In this document: positions 27,375 through 41,254 of the stretch, piece after piece
How the letters are laid out: the number at the start of each line of letters is the position of its first letter
Position numbering within the stretch: the first letter of the stretch is position 1
DNA from: Octopus vulgaris
Taxonomy: Eukaryota
NCBI GenBank assembly: GCA_951406725.2
Contig: OX597825.1
Coordinates: forward strand, 27,652,001 to 27,716,000
Reading direction: 5' to 3'
DNA: 64,000 bases
Notes under the pieces: model-generated
Database searches by the model: none
Told to the model about the DNA's origin: nothing
Seen by the model: the letters and a program-made list of their open reading frames with translations, nothing else
Made by a program: the position numbers and the translations under genes

Positions 27375-27409
27375 TATAATACCTATGCATCATCTCCAAA
27401 CCTTCTAAT

Positions 27410-27830
27410 ATACTCTTTACTCTTTACTCTTTTACTTGTTTCAGTCATTTGACTGCGGCCGTGCTAGAGCACCGCCTTTAGTCGAGCAAATCGACCCCGG
27501 GACTTATTCTTTGTAAGCCCAGTACTTATTCTATCATTCTCTTTTGCCGAACCGCTAAGTAACGGGGACGTAAACACACCATCATCGGTTGTCAAGCAAT
27601 GCTAGAGGGACAAACACAGACACACAAACATATACATACACATACATACATATATATACATATATACGACAGGCTTCTTTCAGTTTCCGTCTACCAAATC
27701 CCCTCACAAGGCATCGGTCGGCCCGAGGCTGTAGCAGAAGACACTTGCCCAAGATGGCACGCAGTGGGACTGGACCCAGAACCATGTGGTTGATAGACAA
27801 GCTACTTACCACACATCCACTCCTGCGCCT
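27410..27830 (-). mobile_element. SINE family 1, full length
   Basis: Complete head-to-tail match. Confidence 0.9.
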
Positions 27831-27838
27831 ATCATATG

Positions 27839-27887
<49 letters not shown>

Positions 27888-28781
27888 TTATTTATTTATT
27901 TATTTATATACATATACATACTTATATATATAATCATAGGTATGTATATGTATATATTATAAATAATCTGGTTGAGTATTAGATTATTGGTAGATAGACA
28001 AAGATAAATGATATTGCTGATGTTGCTCTCATTGTACTTTGGGACAACGGTAGCAGAGATAAAATCTAAATACATCAGGAGAGATAGAGGAAGAAATGGA
28101 GGAAGAGCCTGAGAAGGAACAATAGAGAGAGAGAGTGAGAGAGAGAGGGGGAGAGAGAGCTAATTGCTACAGAGAACGGAGATGTAACAGGGCTGGGAAT
28201 TACTGTTGAGGGAGGTGTCGGTGGTCGTGGCGACGATGCGGGGGAAATTGTGACGATGACAATGTCGTTGCTGTTATTGTTGCTTTTGGTGATGACGTTG
28301 TTGCTGCTGTTACTGAAGCTGATGACGATGACGATGATGATGATGATGATGATGCCGGGAAGTAGCCGGATGGGGTTCATAGTACTAACAGTGATAATGG
28401 AAGCAACGGTGTCAACAAAAGTCGACAGCAAATTTGAGGACGACAAAGTTAATAATAACGGTAAAAGGAATAAAATCGTAGCAATGTAAAAAAAAAAAAA
28501 AAAAAAAGAAAGAGAAAATAAATAACGAAAATTGTCTGCGATCTGATTACTGCTTCGTATATATTATTCGTACTTATATTATGCTTACTAAATGATACAA
28601 GATAAAGTCAGTTGTGTGTCATGTTACCAAATGTTAATTATATGATCTAGCACTGACTCGTATTACAATCTTATCGCATTTCTTTATAACAAGAAACCTA
28701 TATTAAGAAGCCACTTATTATTCAGTCAGTGAGAGGTCCCATTATTATTACTATGATTATAATCATCATCATCACCATCGC

Positions 28782-28815
<34 letters not shown>

Positions 28816-28845
28816 ATTATTATCATCATCATCATCATCATCATT

Positions 28846-28891
<46 letters not shown>

Positions 28892-29514
28892 ACAACATCA
28901 TCATCATCATCATGTCTGCTGTATATTTCTTAAAACCTCTACATGACCTACTACACTTTCTAGATTAAGAACTCCAGTAAACCATAAGCCGAGCATTCGT
29001 TCTTTTCAATCTCAGTATTGGCGAGACATATTTATTCCAAGACGTAAAATTTTACACTTAACTCTTTCCCTGACTTGTACATCGCGTGTGATTTACTCAG
29101 ACATTCATTTGTGGCTGAGCGGTGTAGAGTGACGTGCAATGAGGAACCTAGTTTTATGAAACAACGCACGGCCGTGTCCGGGAATCGTTCTCCCGACTAA
29201 AGCCACGATCTTTGAGAGGCGATTCAATGTCAAGTTTGGAATGCAGTGACTGAGACTTTTAAAACATACCTGCTATGTACAAGGGTTTATTCCATCAACT
29301 ATATTCCTCCTTTTCAAAACTCTTAGCCTTTCAATTTTTTTTTAAGGAGTCCCTGTGTATCATTCCATCCGAAATATGCCTTTTAATTTCATCACAATAA
29401 AATTGTGTTCTGATATTTACTCATCTTTGAAAACATGAGTGAGTTTAAATGTTTCAATATGCGATTTTTCGTTTCCATAGAGCTCAGGGTTACATAATTA
29501 ATATTTCTAGATAT

Positions 29515-29915
29515 ATAGTCGCAGGCGTGGCTGGGTAGCAATAGGCATACTTCTCAACCACACGATTCTGGCTTCAAACTTACTGCGTAGTACCATGAGC
29601 AAGCTTCTTCTATTATAGCCCCACGACGACTAAAGCTTTGTGAGTAGTTTGGGGCGTCAGAAACTGCAAGAAGCCCGTCGTGTTTTTATAAATGTATAGA
29701 TGTATCGAGTGTATCTTTATGTTTGTGCTTGCTCTCACGACCGCTTGTCAACGAGTCCTGGTTCCTTTCCGTCTTTATCGATTCAGCAAAAAGCCACCGA
29801 TATAGTGTGCACTCTGTTTTAGAAAGAAAATTAAGCGGCAATTTATTTGAATAAATCTTTGATTGCGATGCTTCCGCATGGCCGCAGTCGAATGACAGAA
29901 ATAAATAAAATGTAT
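29515..29915 (+). mobile_element. SINE family 1, old degraded copy
   Basis: gtcgcaggcgtggctggg head through catggccgcagtcgaatgacagaaat tail. Confidence 0.7.
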
Positions 29916-32900
29916 AAAGATCAAAGCGATCATATGCTTCAAATTTACATCTGATAAAGATCATTACGTTCACACCGTTTTAAATTTTCTGTCAGTTAAA
30001 TCAAAACCTATTAAAGTATACCCCAAAAGAACCAATAGTTTTGAATATATAACAGGTTAGGATGTTGTGTCCACTTCTATCATGCTGCAGAAAAGGCCAT
30101 TTTGGATACTATAGTTTGGAGAGATTTAGTATCTTTAATAGGAGACCACTCATGTACATTGTTGCCATTCGCAAAGACACGGCACGTAGATCTACCAATG
30201 ATGATGGAGACAGTGATTTCTGGTGCAGCGTTTTGAGACGCGTCTCACTTAAAGCTGCTTGAAGGAGAAGAGTATAGCTTTATATTTAGGATATGAATGG
30301 CCACCACAGTCTCCAGCTTTTCTCGAGTCACAGAACAGCGATATATATATGGTATTTCCGCCATTGCAAAAACAACATGTTATTACGATCTATACGGCCA
30401 ATCCTTGTTTGAAACAAGTGTATTTCATTTACGTCAACAATTTTCCTGAGAAGTGTATGAGACGTTTTGTATTCACTTATTGCCACGACAGAGAATAAAT
30501 AAGAAAAGAAGAATTTAATACAAGGTATAATCGTAAATGTTATTTAATTGAGCAACTGTCGAATAAGACTTTTTAGATGAGGTTGAAATTATTAAGAGGT
30601 TTCGTCAAAATTTACCTTTCTGAGATCAATATTAAATGAAATTGTCAAGTGCAGCTGGATTTATAGTTATTAGAAAAATAATCCATACTATTTGCATTTA
30701 TTTTAAATGAAGACCGGATGCGATAAATATACCCGAGAGCCTTGAATGTAAATGAAAATTTCGTGGCAGTTTCTGACGCGCTTCTTTTGTCATCAGCTGT
30801 TTCACTATTCATAATAAAGTATAAACTATATATGAATAGAAAGGGTAAATTGTATGTTTGTGCTTTTCTTTGTGTACATTCGATTGTATCTGTGCGCAGC
30901 GTCGTATGACTACCGAAAAGAAAGTAGGAAACAGGAAATAAAGAATAAAACAATTATGAAGGAATTGTATTCAAAGAAATGACAGGTGAAATAATGAGAC
31001 ACATAATGAAATATGTAATACAAAATTGAATTATTTCTATGTACGTGGAAGGAAAAAAAATTGAATTCTAATTGTGGAGATCATTTAACCATTCGCTACG
31101 TATTTAACGTCGAAATTTCCAAATTCAAAGATATATTTGAACTGAGGACGTAAAGCGAATGAACTAAATATTCACTGGTGTAACTTACTCTATTTTTTCT
31201 AACGCTTGGAACAATAAGTTAATTTCATATGAAGCTTAGACTATCAGCCCCACAGAACGAAGATGTTTGAACTAGTATTTGGGATTGTTTGATTTACAGC
31301 CAATTCTCCCGGATTCGATGATAAGACCATGCTTCACATTCTGTCCTCCAGCAAGATCTTCTGCTTCACGTTGTTCCAGTTCACTTAGTTGAAGGGGAAT
31401 ACCTGCCGGTGCTGGCTGTTCAGTACGTGAAGAAGCGATGGCGTGTTTAGGGGAGACACGAGCCCTAAACGCATAAGTTTTCATCTCGTTACTCTTTATA
31501 ACTTCGTTCGATTTTATATTTTCAACAAATGATGCAAATAATTGAATGTAATATGTTTATGTGACACCGAGAAAGTTATAGTTTCATTTATCTATTTAAA
31601 TTAATAACCTTTTTGAAAAAAAATAGGACAGTTATGATATAATGTTTATATTTTTGCGAAAAACTGTAAGCAAATAGTGCTAAATATCGAAGAATTTAGT
31701 TCGACTTCCTAACCTTTAGATATTTATATTCTTCCTTTCTTCAATATATGGAATTTAAAGTGAATACAAATAACTCAAACAAGTTATTAGATGCACATAA
31801 CTCTATTTGTACGAACGTGTGTGTATGGATAATGTCCATGTAACATAATGCAGGTGAATCTATACACAAATACTTTTCACAAATATTTATATTTATAAAT
31901 GCGTATGTGTAATTACTTTGTTTTATATATTTTCGCGTTTGCCTGAGTGCTTGTGTGTGAATACGTGTGTCCATTTGCTCTTAAATACATTTTCAGATCA
32001 GGAACTGTGTGACTAAGTGCATACATGTGTCGATGCTTTTACATGCCCTGTATATATGGCCGCTTCTTTTGGCATGTATTTGCTGTCTGGGCAGACAGCG
32101 AGATATCCCATAAACAGCAAGATATCCCATCGTTGTCGTCATCGTCGTCGTCGTCTTCGTCATCATCGTCACCATCGTCATCATCATCATTAGCATCATC
32201 AGCATCATATCTATGATAATCTACGTCAGCAACATCATTATTTTTATCAAAATTAGTCGACATTATATAATGAGAAACGGTGAAAATATGTGACTGACCA
32301 GAACGGTGTTGTATACGACAAAAATTTTGACACATCATAAAAGAGAACTTTTTTATATTTAAGAAGAATTTAATAGCTTTGAGTGTTATTAAATGGTTAT
32401 TCAGTTTCAACATGTGATCTCATATCAAGTCACTTGCGAGACATTTATAACTCCATTAGTGTCTCTGTGTGTATATATGCGTGCATGCATTTCGATATGA
32501 GAGTACATATATACATGTATACGTATACATATATACATGTATATATGTATTTATATACATACATGTGTGCGTGTATGTGTGTGTGTGTGTGTGTGTAAGT
32601 GGTTTTTGATTGCTGGACTTGCTATTATGATAGTGAGAGAGAGAGAAAGAAAACAGAATCATTTTATTCTCTAGATTTTTACGTTGGAAAGCTTTCGTCT
32701 TCTGTTTCATAGATTTTTTTTTCTCTCGGTGGAAGAAAAGAAAAGAGCTTCCGTCATTTATGATAAGACCATTTATTATTGGTTTCAAATTTTGGAGCAT
32801 GGCCAGCAATTGTGGGGCATGGGTAAGTCATTTGCATCGACCCCAATTTTCAACTAGTGTTTACTTTATCGACCTCGAAAGAACGAAGTGCAAAGTCGAC

Positions 32901-33022
32901 CTCGGCGAAAGGTGAACCCGCAATGAAAAGACGAAATACCACGAAGCATCTTGCTCGCGCGGTAACGATTCTGCCAGTCCGTTACTACTACCAGAATGTA
33001 TGTGTATATGTAGATGTGTGAG

Positions 33023-33100
<78 letters not shown>

Positions 33101-33160
33101 ATATATATATATATATAATATATATATGTATATATATATATATGTATATGTATATATATG

Positions 33161-33191
<31 letters not shown>

Positions 33192-33216
33192 GTACATATA
33201 TATATGTATATATATG

Positions 33217-33263
<47 letters not shown>

Positions 33264-33285
33264 AATAATGAAGGGTGAAATTAAT

Positions 33286-33392
33286 TAATTTGGAATAATT
33301 ATCAATTACACCAAGTAGTCTTCGGCATGTACTCGAATGAGGCTTTTACATGCCGAAGACTACTTGGTGTAATTGATAATTATTCCAAATTA
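33286..33392. repeat. Perfect 46-bp inverted repeat with 15-nt loop
   Basis: 33286-33331 is the exact reverse complement of 33347-33392. Confidence 0.93.
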
Positions 33393-33479
33393 TATATATA
33401 TATATATGTCGTAATCCCAAAAGGATTATTTCCAGGAAGAAGGAAGCGAGATTTGAAAGCAGAACATATATGTTAAAAG

Positions 33480-33890
33480 AACCGCAAGGTATATTTACCT
33501 GACTGCTGCTGACTTTGCGGTCTACAGACATCTCAATGGACCAATGTATGGATGGATAGTTATTGGATACATTTTTTATTGAGGACACTGCTGATTTCAA
33601 GGGTAATTGAAGAGAGAAACAAAAAGTGGCATACATGAATATTTCAAAAGATTTAATCGTATCCTTTACCACAGCGAATCCTAGGAATAACAATAGTTTG
33701 AAATATTAATGCTAGTATGAGTGTGGGGAGAGATTAAAATTTCTGAACAGATTTTATATGATTTTCAAAGCGCAGAAGTCAGCTTGTGATAAACGGCTCA
33801 ACGCTTATTCACATCTCATTGCATGGTGAAATATTGTAAGTCTGATTAAGATAACTATATCCTGAAACCTTGAATATATTGTCGTTGAGT
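33480..33890 (+). repeat. Old dispersed repeat; homologous copy at ~50335-50760
   Basis: Shared blocks gcatacatgaatatttcaaaagatttaatc, tttgaaatattaatgc, aagcgcagaagtcag, gattaagataactatat. Confidence 0.8.
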
Positions 33891-34068
33891 ATGTTACAGT
33901 TGTCGTATCTTTATCGTCATCATCATCATCATCGTCATTATTTTCGTCAACGCCGTCGTTAACATCATCATCGTCGTCATTATTATTTTGCTAGGTATGA
34001 TGTGGAAGGAGTCAGCTGTCCACAGGCAGCTTACTAAGGTGACATTTGTTTACTGATCATGCTTCAAG

Positions 34069-34493
34069 GACTCTTTACTCTCTTTACTCTTTTACTTGTT
34101 TCAGTCATTTGACTGCGGCCATGCTGGAGCACCGCCTTTTAGTCGAGAAAATCGACCCCGGGACTTATTCTTTGTAAGCCCAGTACTTATTCTATCGGTC
34201 TCTTTTGCCGAACCGCTAAGTGACGGGGACGTAAACACACCAGCATCGGTTGTCAAGCAATGCTAGGGAGACAAACACAGACACACAAACACACACATAC
34301 ACATATACATATACATATATGTACATATATACGACAGGCTTCTTTCAGTTTCCGTCTACCAAATCCACTCACAAGGCATTGGTCGGCCCGGGGCTATAGC
34401 AGAAGACACTTGCCCAAGTTGCCACGCAGTGGGACTGAACCCGGAACCATGTGGTTGGTTAGCAAACTACTTACCACACAGCCACTCCTGCTC
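34069..34493 (-). mobile_element. SINE family 1, full length
   Basis: Complete, little-diverged copy. Confidence 0.9.
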
Positions 34494-35090
34494 CTAATTC
34501 TGCGAATAATTCTGGCTGTTCCAAGCAATGTTTGCTTTTGTAGATGTTCTCTCTTTACATTTGTACCAATCATTTTGAGATATGTTAGTAGTTGAGTGTT
34601 GATACTTCCAAGCACGCTAATAAGTATTGGTATCACGTCCACTCTCTCCACTGCGCACATCCTCACTTCAATTTCTGATAGTTGTTCAAATGTTTTTCTT
34701 CTTTCTCTTCGATCTTGTTTTCTGCGGGATATGCTATGTCGATTATCGTGCGTATCTTCTTTTTTCTCTCGATTTTTTCTTTTTTGTTCACCACAGTAAT
34801 GTCAAGTTTTCGATGTCTGATTTGGCGGTCACACTTAATCATTGCATCGCAAAGGATTTTACATTTTTCATTGCCACTAACTCCTTCTGGGATTTGGGCA
34901 TACCATGCCTTTGATCTTCCTACGTCATAATTTCCACAGAGCTCCCAATGGATCATTTTGCCACATTGTCATGTTGTCTTTTGTATTCGCGTTGGGCCAA
35001 TTTTGGGCATTCACAATGTGCTATACAATTCTACACCACTCGCCACACTTTCTGCTGTTGTTGTCAGTTGTGTAATCATGTCTGCACTTT
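34494..35090 (-). mobile_element. Degraded R4/Dong-clade LINE fragment
   Basis: IHWELCGNY, WYAQIPE, RKLDITVV, IIDIAYP, VIPILISVLG, LQKQTLLGTARIIRR; abuts a SINE at its 3' side. Confidence 0.8.
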
Positions 35091-35092
35091 AC

Positions 35093-35154
<62 letters not shown>

Positions 35155-35201
35155 GGTGGTGGTGGTGGTGGTGGTGGTGGTGGTAGTAGTAGTAGTAGTA
35201 T

Positions 35202-35267
<66 letters not shown>

Positions 35268-35280
35268 CAGCAGCAGCAGC
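35093..35280 (+). repeat. (AGT)n/(GGT)n/(AGC)n compound microsatellite
   Basis: Directly visible. Confidence 0.95.
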
Positions 35281-38060
35281 ATTGCGGGACTGCAGAATCG
35301 CTAGTACACGTAACAACACGCTGAGAAGTATTTCACCCGTCTTTACGTTCTGACTTCAAATGCTGTCACGGTCAACTTTGCCTTTCCTCTTTTCGGGGTC
35401 GAGAAAATACGTACCGATTGTTCGACTAGTTCCTCCCCACAAAATTTCAGAACTTGTACCATAAGTAGAAGAATTATTTCCATCGAGATTAATACAACCA
35501 GCAACGACCAGAATATTTCAAGATGAGACCAAATCTCTGCCGAATACATATTCGAACCATTCTTCAGTACCATCTTTTATGCACACTTCCAGTAAAATCT
35601 CCTTTCGCTTTCTTTTTTGCTCTCAGAGTTATTGAAAAAACCGAAAATTCCGATAGGTGTGTTACTTAAATTCGAGAGTGAATAACTCAGTGTCAAAATT
35701 AAAGCAACCACAATATCAGCTAATATAACGAGAACTTCATTATCACTTTTGTAAGTGCCAAAATAGTTTGAGTTAAATAGATTAGAATCGTTCTAAGAAT
35801 TAACGCCACGACGAATGTTTTTAAATCTAAATACTATTTTATTGGTTTGCTAGTATTTGCGTTAGTCATATAGGTGAAGTGTCTAGAATACCAATGTGTC
35901 ACGCAATGTTCTCATTGAATGTACCCGTTAGAGAAAGATCCTAGATTAGATAATACTTGATTGAAATGAACTGACCATATAATTTGATAAATGCAAAAAA
36001 AAAAAAAATGAGGGGAAAGCTAGTCTTGTAAATACTTTCTACAGAAATGTCAGTCTTATTATATTTCTTTAAAGTAAGCGTTAATAAATATCGTTTCACA
36101 CCAGTGCAATGACGGTGATGCTAGAATGAAGGACTAAGGTAGCGTGTGGTATACACCTACCTATTCGTTAAGTACCGTATTCAAATTCGTTGTGAGTAGA
36201 ATTTCTAATATCGTCTCTCAGAATCAACACAATAAGTCGGATAAGTAACATTAATAGAATATTTTTTCTCGAGTAAAATACACCAGTTGACACGACAAAC
36301 GTTAAACTTCTTGTCATAATTACATATATTGAAAGAATTGCAGGGACAACGTATGAAAGTTTCTTTGTAGCACCGCCATGTTGTCGATTTTGCGAAAAGA
36401 TAATGAATAGAGAGAGAAATTGATCTCAGCAATTTATGATTTCGACCTTAGTATAATGAAACCTAAAAATGTGCTGCGACAGGATTTGGATTCAGGATAT
36501 AGAAAACCGGAACAAATACACTCATTGCTTTCTCACCGAAGTACTAACGATTCTACACACTTATGATAAAAGAAAGAAAAAAAAGAATGAGTACTAAAGT
36601 ATGTAATAATAATCAAATTCATAATTACTAGTTTCTGAGTCAATGTTTAAAATCTGTTAAGCATTGACTATACCACTATAATGTTGGTAGATTCCGCGAT
36701 GCTGTTTCGATTTCATTTACTGTTTCCTGTTAGACTATTTAACTGAATAATTATTTTTCTTCTTCACTCGTAGAAAATTTTCATTCAAATATACAATGTA
36801 TATACTATCTTTAATAGCTTCCAGATTTTCGCAAATGCAATGACAGGCTCACAAAGCAATGTCCCTTTTAGGTGAATGAATATTATAAAATTATTCTCCC
36901 CCACCCAGCTCCACAAAAATTCTATTGCTTTGAAAAATTTTGAAATAACACAAATTTAATAATATTGATCTCAAGGTTTTGGTAGAATGCCAGGGATTTG
37001 GTGGGATAAGAGTATCTCGATTACATCGACCGAAGTCCCCAACTGGCATTTCTAACCCTAACACTAACCCGAAAGGATGGAATGTAAATTCGGCCTTTGC
37101 GGAATTTGACATCAGGTCATAAACACGGACGAAATGCTTTTTGCTCGGCTTGCCAATAATTCTTCACTAATGTAACAATATTAATTTCAAACTTTGGCAC
37201 AAGGCCAGCAAGTAATGAGGAGTGAGCAAATCGATTATTTCGTCTCCAGTGGTCGCTCAACTGGTACTTATTTTATCGATCACGAAAGAATGAAAGACAA
37301 AATCGACCTTTAAGGAATTTGAACTCAGAACATAAAAACGGACGAAATATCGCTAAGCATTTTACCCGGTAGGCTAACGACTCTATCAGCCCACCATCTT
37401 CACTATTGTAATAATATAGATAATGTTTTTCTATGACAAAAATATGTAGATACGTGAAAAAGCATTGGTTCGTGAAATGTTGTAGACATGCATAGCAATG
37501 TTTTAAGCATTCAGAGATAGCACTTGCTGACCTGAGGAGTTAATCTCCCTCAACGAGAGAGAGAGAGATATAATATAGCACAATAATACAGACCTCATGA
37601 TGAGAAGTAAACACAAGGTCAGCTAGCAAAAACTGACCTGCTCATTAATTAGTCATTCTTTATAAGAGACAAAGGCACATAAACGTTAATATTAAATATA
37701 TGGATAAAAGGACAATCTCTTGAGCACTTTCCCCCTTTTAGAGAGATGTGAACAGTTGACTAGTGCGATGTTATTTCTCTGAGAGATATGGTCGAAGAGA
37801 AGCCAGTTTAACAGATCCCTATAATTCCAATAGTGGAAAACAACACATGAGCTAATTTTTATATAATGTTTTTGATTGTTATAATTTTATAAGTCGCCTG
37901 GTGACATTTACATGCGTCTCATTCATTTTTAACTTCAAATATATTGATAAGCGAATTTTCAGTTCATTCTTCAAAGTTATATCGAATTTCCATATTCTAA
38001 ATATCAAGGCTTTGTACGTAAGATAGAAAACTATTATTATTATTATTATTATCATTATTA

Positions 38061-38151
<91 letters not shown>

Positions 38152-38209
38152 CATCATCATTATTATCATTATTATTTTTATCATTATTATTATCATCATC
38201 GTTACTATA

Positions 38210-38297
<88 letters not shown>

Positions 38298-38299
<2 letters not shown>

Positions 38300-38884
38300 T
38301 AGTTTTATTTTTATAGCGTGCTTTCACTTCACTACCGAGCGCAGCTCTTTGTGCCTTGGGTATGTGCTGTAATTTTCTGTATGTTATATGTGTTTGTAAG
38401 TCCTGGTGTTTTTGTTATGTATTTGTGTGAATATTTTTTTTTATCATGCCTAATGCACCTACTATGATATGAATTGTTTCTGTTTTCAGATTCCACATTC
38501 TAGTTACCTCTATTTCCAGGTCTTTGTATTTTGAGAGTTTCTCCATTTCTTTTAGAGACACGTTGTCATCTGCCGGTATTGATACCTCAATTAGAAAGCA
38601 TTTTTTTTCCTTCATGATCTCTGACAACTATATCTGGTCTGTTGGCCTTAATTTCTTTATCTGTGTGTATCGGCATATCCCAGATTATGGTTGCTTTCTC
38701 GTTTTCTGTGACCTTTTCTGGTGTGTGCCTATACCATCTTTTTTCCGTTGTTATTCCATAATGTTGGCATAGCTTCCAATGTATGTAGGTTCCAACTCTG
38801 TCATGTCTGTGAATATATTCCTTCTGAGCCAGGACTGGGCAGCTAGAGATAATATGATTTATTGTTTCTTGTCCATCTCCACAT
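38298..38884 (-). mobile_element. R4/Dong-clade LINE 3' fragment (zinc knuckle plus restriction-like endonuclease) within (TAA)n
   Basis: CGDGQETINHIISSC, YIHRHD, IHWKLC, WDMPIHTD, NRPDIV, KLSKYKDL, IIVGALG. Flanked on both sides by TAA/TGA arrays. Confidence 0.88.
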
Positions 38885-38901
38885 ATTATTATTATTATTA
38901 A

Positions 38902-38982
<81 letters not shown>

Positions 38983-39030
38983 CATCATCATTATTATCAT
39001 TATTATCATTATTATTATCATCATCATTAC

Positions 39031-39066
<36 letters not shown>

Positions 39067-39146
39067 CATCATCATCATTATTATTATTATTATTATCATT
39101 ATTATTATCATCATCATTACTATTATTATTATTATTATTATTATTA

Positions 39147-39189
<43 letters not shown>

Positions 39190-39272
39190 CATCATCATCA
39201 TTATTATTATTATTATTATCATTATTATTATTATCATCATTACTATTATTATTATTATTATTATTATTATTA

Positions 39273-39330
<58 letters not shown>
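38885..39330 (+). repeat. (ATT/ATC)n compound microsatellite
   Basis: Directly visible. Confidence 0.95.
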
Positions 39331-39331
<1 letters not shown>

Positions 39332-40799
39332 GAAATGAGGTGAATGACGCAAGATACATAGACCTGAGTAGTGACCCTTTATTTTCCGACTTTAAATCTC
39401 CCGCGTTAGTAATTTCTAATTTAGGCAGAATGTTTGAGATTTCCAGTGGACGGGGTCAGTCGATATCGTTGATCCTGTTACTTGACGAGTGGTTTATTTC
39501 ATCTACTCTGAAAGGATGATTAAACAAAGTTGAGCTCGGCCACACTTTAACCCAGAGCGTACAACAAGGTAAGAAAAGCAATAAGACGTTTTGTATATAA
39601 AAAGCAAAGCCAAAGATGGAGGGAAAAAAATAACGCTGAAGTGATTTTCTCAGGAGGCCGCCATTAATAATTTCAGCGTCTTAACATAATGAAATAAGAT
39701 AAGAATAAATACGAAAGCCATTTCGATTAAATGCAGCATCCACAGAAATACCTCGCACTCATCCAAAAAATGATCATCCGCACCATCATGTTATCATCAC
39801 TGTCGTTGTCGTTTGACCATAACTATCATCGGATCGATGACAACGTCGTCACTGTTCATATTTCTTGCAGATCCGTAACATACTGACTCAGTAGAGTATT
39901 TAAGTCTCTTTAAATTCTATGTTGCAATCCAACCGTGATCGCAGCTTGCATTCCCTTCTTCAAATGTCGATACTATAACCACAATTTAATTAGTAACGCA
40001 CATTTATTCAAATAAACTAATCTCCAAGTTTCTGTAGCTGTGTGCGTCTATATTATTAATGATCATTTATAGATTGAATACAACACGCAAGTCCATTAAC
40101 CTTTCTCGTAGCTATTCATAACGTCTGTTATGGTGGAATACATAACGGTCAAGCACTAGACTCCATTTCATCGACTATATTCCTATTCAAACATTTTTGA
40201 TCTCCTGATATGCTTAAAATTTTGAATTGCCCTCCTCACCTCTACACCCCACCCCCCACCCCCAAAAAAGTAAGAGTCTCCAGTTACTTCATTGTATTCA
40301 AATATCAAAGCATGTATCATCTGCAAGCATTTTCCTTTGTAATTCATCTCCACACTTAAATTTAACGATATTGGATATATGAAATTGTCTGACATAGTAC
40401 CAAGATCACACGAGAATATTATATGTATGGCAACGTATAGTGGAAACAGTATAGTAATATTTCCAAATCCAGGTATAGAACAAACAATGAATAACTACAC
40501 AAAATCAAAAAAAATATTTTCAATTTCATAAAAACGTACTGTCACAATGGTTCATACATTATATTTTCAATACATTCCGAGTCGCCTCTTACAATTTGCC
40601 AAAAATTAACTATATTTAGCGGAAAAATCTTCATAAAATTTGGTGAATTTTACAGCCAAGTGACAGAGCATGAATAAGATAATGAACCATGTTTCTGTTG
40701 AATTAACTGATAATACTTTGGTAACTACACACGTATGCACACAAACAAATATGCGTATACAAATATGCACAAATATGCACATATATATACGCATACACA

Positions 40800-41245
40800 T
40801 ATGCAGGCATAGTGTAGTAAGTAGCTTGCTTACGAACTACATGGTTCCGGGTTCAGTCCCACTGCGTGCCACCTTCGGTAACTGTCTTCTACTATAGTCT
40901 CGGGCCAACCAAAGCCTTGTGAGTAGATTTGGATGACGGAAACTGAAAGAAGCCCGTCGTATGTATGTATATATATATATATATGTGTGCGTGTGTGTGT
41001 GTGTGTGTTTGTGTGTGTCTGTGTGTGACTCTGTGTGTATGTTTGTGTGTCGCTGTTTGTCCCCCCAACATCGCTTGACAACCGATGGTGGTGTGTTTAT
41101 GTCCCCATAACTTAGCGGTTCGGCAAAAGAAATCGATAGAATAAGTACTACGCTTACAAAATATAAGTCCTGGGGTCGATGTGCTCGACTAAAGGTGGTG
41201 CTCCAGTATGGCCACAGTCAAATGACTGAAACAAGTAAGAGAGTA
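40800..41245 (+). mobile_element. SINE family 1, full length
   Basis: Head, body and cagtcaaatgactgaaacaag tail present. Confidence 0.88.
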
Positions 41246-41254
41246 TATATGTGT

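Noticed and set aside
28075-28489. Ser/Pro-rich and Met/Leu-rich ORFs
   Set aside because: Low-complexity trinucleotide-derived sequence without splice or homology support.
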